A DNA stretch of 64,000 nucleotides from positions 21,142,001 through 21,206,000 of the forward strand of contig NC_086108.1 in assembly GCF_963921235.1 (NCBI RefSeq). The letters are read 5' to 3'. Shown here piece by piece: positions 36,001 through 46,579 of the stretch. The notes beneath the pieces are model-generated. The model had not been told where the DNA came from, searched no databases, and was given only the letters and a program-made list of their open reading frames with translations. The DNA comes from Mobula hypostoma. Its lineage: Eukaryota. The translations under genes were made by a program, and so were the position numbers. Numbering within the stretch: the first letter of the stretch is position 1; every line of letters starts with the position of its first letter.

Positions 36001-39000
36001 GGGTGTGGGGATGTGGGTCAGTAGAAAGGGTGTGGGGGATGTGGGTCAGTAGAGGGTGTGGGGATGTGGGTCAGTAGAGGGGTGTGGGGTGTGGGTCAGT
36101 CGAGGGTGTGGGGGTGTCAGTCAGTGGAGGGGTGTGGGGTGTGGGTCAGTAGAGGGTGTGGGGGTGTGGGTCAGTAGAGGGGTGTGGGTCAGTAGAGGGT
36201 GTGGGGGTGTGGGGTGTGAGTCAGTAGAAGGTGTGGGGTTTGGGTCAGTAGAGGGGTGTGGGGGTGTGGGTCAGTAGAGGGTGTGGGAGGTGTCAGTCAG
36301 TGGAGGGGTGTGGGGTGTGGGTCAGTAGAGGGTGTGGGGGTGTGGATATGTGAGTCAGTAGAGGGTGTGGGGGTGTGGGGTGTGAGTCAGTAGAAGGTGT
36401 GGGGTGTGGGTCAGTAGAGGGTGTGGGGAAGTGGGTCAGTAGAGGGTGTGGGGATGTGGGTCAGTAGAGGGTGTGGGGGAGTGGGTCAGTAGACGGTGTG
36501 GGGATGTGGGTCAGTAGAGGGGTGTGGGGGTGTGGGTCAGTAGAGGGTGTGGGGGTGTCAGTCAGTGGAGGGGTGTGGGGTGTGGGTCAGTGGAGGGTGT
36601 GGGTCAGTAGAGGGTGTGGGGGTGTGGGTCAGTAGAGGAGTGTGGGTCAGTAGAGGGTGTGGGGGTATGGGGGTATGGGGTGTGAGTCAGTAGAAGGTGT
36701 GGGGTTTGGGTCAGTAGCGGGTGTGGGGGTGTGTGTCAGTAGAGGGGTGTGGGGGTGTGGGTCAGTAGAGGGGCGTGGGGGTAGGGGGTGTAGGAGTGTG
36801 GGTCAGTAGAGGAGTGTGTGTCAGTAGAGGGTGTGGGGATGTGGGTCAGTAGAGGGGTGTGGGGGTGTGGGTCAGTAGAGGGTGTGAGGGATGTGGGTCA
36901 GTAGAGGGGTGTGGGGGTGTGGGTCAGTAGAGGGGTGTGGGGGTGTGAGTCAGTAGGGGTGTAGGAGTGTGGGTCAGTAGAGGGTGTGGGGATGTGGGTC
37001 AGTAGAGGGTGTGGGGGGTGTCAGTCAGTGGAGGGGTGTGGGGTGTGGGTCAGTAGAGGGTGTGGGGATGTGAGTCAGTAGAGGGTGTGGGGATGTGGGT
37101 CAGTAGAGGGGTGTGGGGGTGTGGGTCAGTAGAGGGGTGTGGGGGTGTGAGTCAGTAGGGGTGTAGGAGTGTGGGTCAGTAGAGGGTGTGGGGATGTGGG
37201 TCAGTAGAGGGGTGTGGGGGTGTGGGTCAGTAGAGGGTGTGAGGGATGTGGGTCAGTAGAGGGGTGTGGGGGTGTGGGGGTGTGGGTCAGTAGAGGGGTG
37301 TGGGGGTGTGGGTCAGTAGAGGGTGTGGGGGGTGTCAGTCAGTGGAGGGGTGTGGGGTGTGGGTCAGTAGAGGGTGTGGAGGTGTGGGGATGTGGGTCAG
37401 TAGAGGGTGTGGGGGTGTGGGGGTGTGGGGTGTGAGTCAGTAGAAGGTGTAGGGTGTGGGTCAGTAGAGGGTGTGGGGGAGTGGGTCAGTAGAGGGTGTG
37501 GGGATGTGGGTCAGTAGAGTGGGTGTGGGGGATGTGGGTCAGTAGAGAGGGTGTGGGGGATGTGGGTCAGTAGAGGGTGTGGGGGTGTGGAGATGTGGGT
37601 CAGTAGAGGGGTGTGGGGGTGTGGGATTATGGGTCAGTAGAGGGGTGTTGGGGTGTGGGTCAGCAGAAGGGTGTGGGGGTGTGGTCAACAGAGGGGTGTG
37701 GGGTGTGGATCAGTAGAGGGGTGTGGGGGTGTGGGTCAGTAGAGGGGTGTGGGGATGTGGGTCAGTAGAGGGGTGTTGGGGTGTGGGTCAGCAGAAGGGT
37801 GTGGGGGTGTGGTCAACAGAGGGGTGTGGGGTGTGGGTCAGCAGAGGGTGTGGGGGTGTGGATCAGTAGAGGGGTGTGGGGTGTGGGTCTGTAGAGGGGT
37901 GTGGGGGTATGGGTCAGTAGAGGGTGTGGGGGTGTGGGTCAGTAGAGGGGTGTGCGGTGTGGATCAGTAGAGGGGTGTGGGTCAGTAGAGGGGTGTGGGG
38001 GAGTGGGTCAGTAGAGCGGTGTGGGGATGTGTGTCAGTAGAGGGGTGTGGGGGTGTGAGTCAGTAGGGGTGTGGGAGTGTGGGTCAGTAGAGGAGTGTAG
38101 GGTGTGGATCAGTAGAGAGGTGTGGGGGTGTGGGTCAGTAGAGGGATGTGGGGGTGTGAGTCAGTAGAGAGGTGTGAGGTGTGGATCACTAGAGGGGTGT
38201 GGGGTTGTGGGTCAGTGGATCAGTAGAGGGGTGTGGGTCAGTAGAGAGGGTGTGGGGGATGTGGGTCAGTAGAGGGGTGTGGGGGTGTGAGTCAGTAGAG
38301 GGTGTGGGGATGTGGGTCAGTAGAGGGTGTGGGGGTGTGGGTCAGTGGAGGGGTGTGGGAGTGTGTGGTGTGGGTCAGTAGAGGGTGTGGGGGGTGTGGG
38401 TCAGTGGAGGGGTGTGGGAGTGTGGGGTGTGGGTCAGTAGAGAGGGTGTGGGGATGTGGGTCAGTAGAGGGTGTGGGGGTGTGGGTCAGTGGAGGGGTGT
38501 GGGAGTGTGTGGTGTGGGTCAGTAGAGGGTGTGGGGGGTGTGGGTCAGTGGAGGGGTGTGGGAGTGTGGGGTGTGGGTCAGTAGAGAGTGTGGGGATGTG
38601 GGTCAGTAGAGGGTGTGGGGGTGTGGGTCAGTGGAGGGGTGTGGGAGTGTGTGGTGTGGGTCAGTAGAGGGTGTGGGGGGTGTGGGTCAGTGGAGGGGTG
38701 TGGGAGTGTGGGGTGTGGGTCAGTAGAGAGGGTGTGGGGGATGTGGGTCAGTAGAGGGGTGTGGGGGTGTGAGTCAGTAGAGAGTGTGGGGATGTGGGTC
38801 AGTAGAGGGTGTGGGGATGTGTGTCAGTAGAGGGGTGTGGGGGTGTGGGTCAGTAGAGGGTGTGGGGATGTGGGTCAGTAGAGGGTGTGGGGGTGTGGGT
38901 CAGTGGAGGGGTGTGGGAGTGTGTGGTGTGGGTCAGTAGAGGGTGTGGGGATGTGGGTCAGTAGAGGGGTGTGGGGGTGTGAGTCAGTAGAGAGTGTGGG

Positions 39001-42000
39001 GATGTGGGTCAGTAGAGGGTGTGGGGGGTGTGGGTCAGTGGAGGGGTGTGGAGTGTGGGGTGTGGGTCAGTAGAGAGGGTGTGGGGGTGTGGGTCAGTAG
39101 AGGGGTGTGGGGGTGTGAGTCAGTAGAGAGTGTGGGGATGTGGGTCAGTAGAGGGTGTGGGGGTGTGGGTCAGTGGAGGGGTGTGGGAGTGTGGGATGTG
39201 GGTCAGTAGAAGGTGTGGGGTTTGGGTCAGTAGAGGGTGTGGGGTGTGGGTCAGTAGAGGAGTGTGGGTCAGTAGAGGGGTGTGGGGGTGTGAGTCAGTA
39301 GGGGGTGTGGGAGTGTGGGTCAGTAGAGGAGTGTGGGTCAGTAGAGGGGTGTGGGGGTGTGGGGGAGTGGGTCAGTAGAGGGTGTGGGGATGTGGATGAG
39401 TAGAGAGGTGTGGGGTGTGGATCACTAGAGGGGTGTGGGGGTGTGGGTCAGTGGATCAGTAGAGGGGTGTGGGAGTGTCCATCAGTGGAGGGGTGTGGGG
39501 GATGTGGGTCAGTAGAGGGGTGTGGGTCAGTAGAGGGGTGTGGGGGTGTGGGGGAGTGGGTCAGTAGAGGGTGTGGGGATGTGGATGAGTAGAGAGGTGT
39601 GGGGTGTGGATCACTAGAGGGGTGTGGGGGTGTGGGTCAGTGGATCAGTAGAGGGGTGTGGGAGTGTCCATCAGTGGAGGGGTGTGGGGGATGTGGGTCA
39701 GTAGAGGGGTGTGGGTCAGTAAAGGGTTCAGTCAGTAGGGGGGTGTGGAGATGTAGGTCTGTAGAGGGTGTGAGAATGTGGATCAGTAGAGAGGTGTGGG
39801 GGTGTAGGTTAGTGTGGGGACGTGGGTCAGTAGAGGGTGTGGGGTGTGGGTCAGTAGAGGGGTGTGCGGTTTGTGGGTCAGTAGAGGGGTGTGGGGGTGC
39901 AGGTTAGTGGAGGGGTGTGGGGATGTAGGTTGGTGGAGGGGTGTGGGAGTGTGGGCCAGACGAGGGGTGTGGGCTAATAGAAGGGTGTGGGGGTTAGGGT
40001 TAGGGATAGGGTAGACTTAGGAGCTGGAGGAGAGCGAATTGCTGCAGTAGAGGGGTGTGGGGGTGTGGGTCAGTAGAGGGTGTGGGGGTGTGGATCAGTA
40101 GAGTGTGTGGGGGTGTGGGTCAGTAGAGGGTGTGGGGGTGTGGATCAGTAGAGGGGTGTGGGGATGTGGGTCAGTAGAGGGTGTGGGGGAGTGGGTCAGT
40201 AGACGGTGTGGGGATGTGGGTCAGTGGAGGGTGTGGGTCAGTAGAGGGTGTGGGGGTGTGGGTCAGTAGAGGAGTGTGGGTCAGTAGAGGGTGTGGGGGT
40301 GTGGGTCAGTAGAGAGGGTGTGGGGTATGTGGGTCAGTAGAGGGTGTGGGGATGTGGGTCAGTAGAGGGGTGTGGGGGTGTGGGTCAGTAGAGGGTGTGG
40401 GTGTGTCAGTCAGTGGAGGGGGGTGTGGTGTGGGTCAGTAGAGGGTGTGGGTCAGTAGAGGGTGTGGGGGTGTGGAGGTGTGGGTCAGTAGAGGGGTGTG
40501 GGTCAGTAGAGGGTGTGGGGGTGTGGGGTGTGAGTCAGTAGAAGGTGTGGGGTTTGGGTCAGTAGAGGGGTGTGGGGGTGTGGGTCAGTAGAGGGTGTGG
40601 GGGTGTCAGTCAGTGGAGAGGTGTGGGGGTGTGGAGGTGTGGGTCAGTAGAGGGGTGTGGGTCAGTAGAGGGTGTGGGGGTGTGGGGTGTGAGTCAGTAG
40701 AAGGTGGGGGTTTGGGTCAGTAGAGGGGTGTGGGGGTGTGGGTCAGTAGAGGGTGTGGGGATGTGGGTCAGTAGAGGGTGTGGGGATGTGGGTCAGTAGA
40801 GGGGTGTGGGGGTGTGGGTCAGTAGAGGGTGTGGGGATGTGGGTCAGTAGAGAGGGTGTGGGGGATGTGGGTCAGCAGAAGGGTGTGGGGGTGTGAGGGT
40901 GTGGGTCAGTAGAGGGTGTGGGGGTGTCGGTCAGTAGAAGGTGTGGGGTGTGGATCAGTAGAGAGGTGTGGGGTGTGGATCACTAGAGGGGTGTGGGGGT
41001 GTGGGTCAGTGGATCAGTAGAGGGGTGTGGGTCAGTAGAGAGGGTGTGGGGGATGTGGGTCAGTAGAGGGGTGTGGGGGTGTGAGTCAGTAGAGGGTGTG
41101 GGGATGTGGGTCAGTAGAGGGTGTGGGGGTGTGGGTCAGTGGAGGCGTGTGGGAGTGTGTGGTGTGGGGATGTGGGTCAGTAGAGGAGTGTTTTTCAGTA
41201 GAGGGGTGTGGGGATGTGGATGAGTAGAGAGGTGTGGGGTGTGGATCACTAGAGGGGTGTGGGGGTGTAGGTCGGTGGATCAGTAGAGGGGTGTGGGAGT
41301 GTCCATCAGTGGAGGGGTGTGGGGGATGTGGGTCAGTAGAGGGGTGTGGGGGTGTGGGTCAGTGGAGGGGTGTGGGGGTGTGGGTCAGTAGAGGGTGTGG
41401 GGGGTGTCAGTCAGTGGAGGGGTGTGGGGTGTGGGTCAGTAGAGGGTGTGGAGGTGTGGGGATGTGGGTCAGTAGAGGGTGTGGGGGTGTGGGGGTGTGG
41501 GGTGTGAGTCAGTAGAAGGTGTAGGGTGTGGGTCAGTAGAGGGTGTGGGGGAGTGGGTCAGTAGAGGGTGTGGGGATGTGGGTCAGTAGAGAGGGTGTGG
41601 GGGATGTGGGTCAGTAGAGAGGGTGTGGGGGATGTGGGTCAGTAGAGGGTGTGGGGGTGTGGAGATGTGGGTCAGTAGAGGGGTGTGGGGGTGTGGGATT
41701 ATGGGTCAGTAGAGGGGTGTTGGGGTGTGGGTCAGTAGAGGGGTGTGGGGATGTGGGTCAGTAGAGGGGTGTGGGGGTGTGGGAGTGTGGGTCAGCAGAG
41801 GGTGTGGGGGTGTGGATCAGTAGAGGGGTGTGGGGTGTGGATCAGTAGAGCGGTGTGGGTTTGTGGGTCCGTAGAGGGATGTGGGGATGTGGGTCAGTAG
41901 AGAGGGGGTGGGGGATGTGGGTCAGCAGAAGGGTGTGGGGGTGTGGTCAACAGAGGGGTGTGGGGGTGTGGGTCAGCAGAGGGTGTGGGGGTGTGGATCA

Positions 42001-45000
42001 GTAGAGGGGTGTGGGGTGTGGATCAGTAGAGGGGTGTGGGGTGTGGGTCTGTAGAGGGGTGTGGGGGTATGGGTCAGTAGAGGGTGTGGGGGTGTGGGTC
42101 AGTAGAGGGGTGTGGGGTGTGGATCAGTAGAGGGGTGTGGGTCAGTAGAGGGGTGTGGGGGAGTGGGTCAGTAGAGCGGTGTGGGGATGTGTGTCAGTAG
42201 AGGGGTGTGGGGGTGTGGGTCAGTAGAGGGGTGTAGGGTGTGGATCAGTAGAGGGTATGGGGGTGTGGGTCAGTGGAGGGGTGTGGGAGTGTGTGGTGTG
42301 GGTCAGTAGAGGGTGTGGGGGGTGTGGTTCAGTGGAGGGGTGTGGGGGTGTGGGTCAGTGGATCAGTAGAGGGGTGTGGGTCAGTAGAGAGGGTGTGGGG
42401 GATGTGGGTCAGTAGAGGGTTGTGGGGGTGTGAGTCAGTAGAGGGTGTGGGGATGTGGGTCAGTAGAGGGTGTGGGGGTGTGGGTCAGTGGAGGGGTGTG
42501 GGAGTGTGTGGTGTGGGTCAGTAGAGGGTGTGGGGGGTGTGGGTCAGTGGAGGGGTGTGGGAGTGTGGGGTGTGGGTCAGTAGAGAGGGTGTGGGGGATG
42601 TGGGTCAGTAGAGGGGTGTGGGGGTGTGAGTCAGTAGAGAGTGTGGGGATGTGGGTCAGTAGAGGGTGTGGGGGTGTGGGTCAGTGGAGGGGTGTGGGAG
42701 TGTGTGGTGTGGGTCAGTAGAGGGTGTGGGGATGTGGGTCAGTAGAAGGTGTGTGGTGTGGGTCAGTAGAGGGTGTGGGGTTTGGGTCAGTAGAGGGTGT
42801 GGGGTGTGGGTCAGTAGAGTGGTGTGGGGGTGTGAGTCAGTAGGGGGTGTGGGAGTGTGGGTCAGTAGAGGAGTGTGGGTCAGTAGAGGGGTGTGGGGGT
42901 GTGGGGGAGTGGGTCAGTAGAGGGTGTGGGGATGTGGATGAGTAGAGAGGTGTGGGGTGTGGATCACTAGAGGGGTGTGGGGGTGTGGGTCAGTGGATCA
43001 GTAGAGGGGTGTGGGAGTGTCCATCAGTGGAGGGGTGTGGGGGAGTGGGTCAGTAGAGGGTGTGGGGATGTGGATGAGTAGAGAGGTGTGGGGTGTGGAT
43101 CACTAGAGGGGTGTGGGGGTGTGGGTCAGTGGATCAGTAGAGGGGTGTGGGAGTGTCCATCAGTGGAGGGGTGTGGGGGATGTGGGTCAGTAGAGGGGTG
43201 TGGGTCAGTAAAGGGTTCAGTCAGTAGGGGGGTGTGGAGATGTAGGTCTGTAGAGGGTGTGAGAATGTGGATCAGTAGAGAGGTGTGGGGGTGTAGGTTA
43301 GTGTGGGGACGTGGGTCAGTAGAGGGTGTGGGGTGTGGGTCAGTAGAGGGGTGTGCGGTTTGTGGGTCAGTAGAGGGGTGTGGGGGTGCAGGTTAGTGGA
43401 GGGGTGTGGGGATGTAGGTTGGTGGAGGGGTGTGGGAGTGTGGGCCAGACGAGGGGTGTGGGCTAATAGAAGGGTGTGGGGGTTAGGGTTAGGGATAGGG
43501 TAGACTTAGGAGCTGGAGGAGAGCAAATTGCTGCAGTAGAGGGGTGTGGGGGTGTGGGTCAGTAGAGGGTGTGGGGGTGTGGATCAGTAGAGGGTGTGGG
43601 GGTGTGGGTCAGTAGAGGGTGTGGGGGTGTGGATCAGTAGAGGGGTGTGGGGGTGTGGATCAGTAGAGGGGTGTGGGGATGTGGGTCAGTAGAGGGTGTG
43701 GGGTGTGGGTCAGTAGAGGGTGTGGGGGTGTGGATCAGTAGAGGGGTGTGGGGGTGTGGATCAGTAGAGGGGTGTGGGGATGTGGGTCAGTAGAGGGTGT
43801 GGGGGTGTGGATCAGTAGAGGGGTGTGGGGGTGTGGATCAGTAGAGGAATGTGGGGATGTGGGTCAGTAGAGGGTGTGGGGGTGTGGGGGTGTGGTCAAC
43901 AGAGGGGTGTGGGGGTGTGGGTCAGTAGAGGGGTGTGGGGTGTGGGTCTGTAGAGGGGTGTGGGGGTATGGGTCAGTAGAGGGTGTGGGGGTGTGGGTCA
44001 GTAGAGGGGTGTGGGGTGTGGATCAGTAGAGGGGTGTGGGTCAGTAGAGCGGTGTGGGGATGTGTGTCAGTAGAAGGGTGTGGGGGTGTGGGTCAGTAGA
44101 GGGGTGTGGGGGTGTGGGTCAGTAGAGGGTGTGGGGGTGTGGGTCAGTAGAGGGGTGTGGGGGTGTGGGTCAGCAGAGGGGTGTAGGGTGTGGATCAGTA
44201 GAGGGGTGTGGGGTGTGGATCAGTAGAGGGGTGTGGGGTGTGGGTCAGTAGAGGGGTGTGGGGGTATGGGTCAGTAGAGGGTGTGGGGGTGTGGGTCAGT
44301 AGAGGGTTGTGGGGTGTGGATCAGTAGAGGGGTGTGGGTCAGTAGAGGGGTGTGGGGGTGTGGGTCAGTAGAGCGGTGTGGGGATGTGTGTCAGTAGAGG
44401 GGTGTGGGGGTGTGTGTCAGTAGAGGGGTGTGGGGGTGTGGGTCAGTAGAGGGTGTGCGGGTGTGGGTCAGTAGAGGGGTGTGGGGGTGTGGATCAGTTG
44501 AGCGGTGTGGGTTTGTGGGTCAGTAGAGGGGTGTGGGGATGTGGGTCAGTAGAGGGGTGTGGGGGTGTGGGAGTGTGGGTCAGCAGAGGGTGTGGGGGTG
44601 TGGATCAGTAGAGGGGTGTGGGGTGTGGATCAGTAGAGCGGTGTGGGTTTGTGGGTCAGTAGAGGGGTGTGGGGATGTGGGTCAGTAGAGGGGTGTGGGG
44701 GTGTGGGATTATGGGTCAGTAGAGGGGTGTTGGGGTGTGGGTCAGTAGAGGGGTGTGGGGATGTGGGTCAGTAGAGGGGTGTGGGGGTGTGGGATTATGG
44801 GTCAGTAGAGGGGTGTTGGGGTGTGGGTCAGTAGAGGGGTGTGGGGATGTGGGTCAGTAGAGGGGTGTGGGGGTGTGGTTCAGTAGAGGGGCATGGGGGT
44901 GTGGATCAGTAGAGGGGTGTGGGGGTGTGGATCAGTAGAGGGTGTGGGGGTGTGGTCAACAGAGGGGTGTGGGGGTGTGGGTTAGTAGAGGGTGTGGGGT

Positions 45001-45176
45001 GTGGGTTAGTAGAGGGTGTGCGGTTTGTGGGTCAGTAGAGGGGTGTGGGGGTGTAGGTTGGTGGACGGGTGTGGGAGTGTGGGCCAGGCGAGGGGTGTGG
45101 GCTAATAGAAGGGTGTGGGGGTTAGGGTTAGGGAGAGGGTAGAATTAGGAACTGGAGGAGAGCGAATTGCTGCAGT
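30051..45176 (+). repeat. ~15-kb G-rich satellite, ~17-27 bp unit TGTGGGTCAGTAGAGGG(G)TGTGGGG(G/A), with kb-scale internal duplications
   Basis: Directly visible. Identical repeat-derived ORFs recur at offsets 4529, 6043 and 3489. Confidence 0.97.
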
Positions 45177-45489
45177 CTGTTATTAATTCTATTATGGCTA
45201 TTGGAGTTACTGAGTATGCCTGCAAGAAAATGAATCTCAGGGTTGTTTCTGGTGATATAATGTAGTTTGATAATAAATTTGCTTTGAACTTTCAACTTTC
45301 TTTCTGTTGGTGGTCTTCTAGCATTAACTTTCATCATCAAATAGCCAGAGCTGAGGGTCTAAATTTGCTCTCATAGTTTCACTTAATGAATGTTGCCCAA
45401 ATTTGATTCACTATCCAATTTGAGCAAATGAAGTTGTTAATTAGGTTTAAAGTTGGCTTTGCAGGAGAAGCTAGAGTGATAGTAGATGA

Positions 45490-46428
45490 TTGTCTGTAAG
45501 AAAGGTTCAAAAATTGAACATAAAATTTATCATACATGTCACCACTTGGGGTTGTTTTTCCTGTGGACAATGATCAACAAACTGTGCAGATGAAAATATA
45601 AATAAATAGCAATAAATAATGAGAGCCTGAAATAACAACATAAAGAGTCCTTAAAGTGAAATCATTAGTTATGGGAACACCAGAAAGAGAATGAGTGTAG
45701 CTGTCCCCTTTTGTTCAAGGGCCTGATTGTTGAGGGCTAGTAACTGATCTTGAACCTGGTGGTGCAAGTCCTGAGGCTCCTGTACCTTCTGCCTGATGGC
45801 AGCAGCGAGAAAAGAGCATGGCCTGGGTGGTGAGGATCTTTGATGATGGATGCTGCTTTTCTATGGCAATGTTTCATGTAGATGTGCTGAATGGTTGGGA
45901 GAATTTTACACATGATGTACTGGGCTGAATCCACTACCTTTTGTGGGATTTTTGGCGTGGGCATTCCCATACCAGGCTGTAATGCAGCCAGTCCACTTCC
46001 CACCACTCATCAAGAGAAGTTTGTCAAGGTTTTTGATGACATGCCGAACCTCCGCAGACTCGAGGAAGAGGAGGTGCTGTTGTGCTTTCTTTGCAATTAT
46101 ATTTATATGATGTGTCCAGGACAGGTCATCCAAAATAATAACACCAAGGAATTTAAAGTTACAAACCCTTCTGAACCTCCGATGAGGCCTGGCACATGGA
46201 TCTCTGGTTTCCCTCTCCTGAAGTCTACAATTGGTTCCTCGGTCTTATTGACATTGAGTGAAAGGTTGTTATTACACCACTCAGACAAATTTTCAATCTC
46301 GCTCATGTATGCTGATTCATCACTCCCCCCAATACATCCCAGAACAGTGGTATCATCAGCAAACTTGCATATGGTGTTGAAGATGTACTTAGTCACATAG
46401 TCGTAGGTGTAAAGTGAGTAGAGCAGCC
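45490..46428 (-). mobile_element. Rex1/Babar LINE 3' half
   Basis: NTICKFADDTTVLG, WCNNNLSLNVNKT and IIKDPHHPGHALFSLLPSGRRYRS on the minus strand. Confidence 0.85.
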
Positions 46429-46429
46429 T

Positions 46430-46575
46430 GTGACTACCAGTATGTCACCGGGATCATAGCTGGGTTTGTTTTGTTTATCATCTACAGTATCTTAATGATT
46501 TAGATGATAAGGTGGTAGACTGGATCAGCCAATTTGCAGATGACACCAAGATTGGTAGCAAAGTAGACAGTGAAA
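46430..46575 (+). mobile_element. CR1 RT fragment; more CR1 sequence resumes at ~49260-49415 beyond the Gypsy element
   Basis: NDLDDKVVDWISQFADDTKIGSKVDSE. Confidence 0.7.
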
Positions 46576-46579
46576 TGGT

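Noticed and set aside
30585..45142. Dozens of Gly/Val/Trp/Cys-rich ORFs
   Set aside because: They are translations of the satellite unit, with GTG-type starts, frequent 1-bp indels and no maintained frame.
30051..45176. CRISPR array, immunoglobulin switch region or true telomere
   Set aside because: There are no unique spacers and the context is eukaryotic. The unit lacks the AGCT motifs typical of switch regions and no Ig exons are nearby. Only two perfect tandem TTAGGG occur per cassette, and unique DNA continues beyond.
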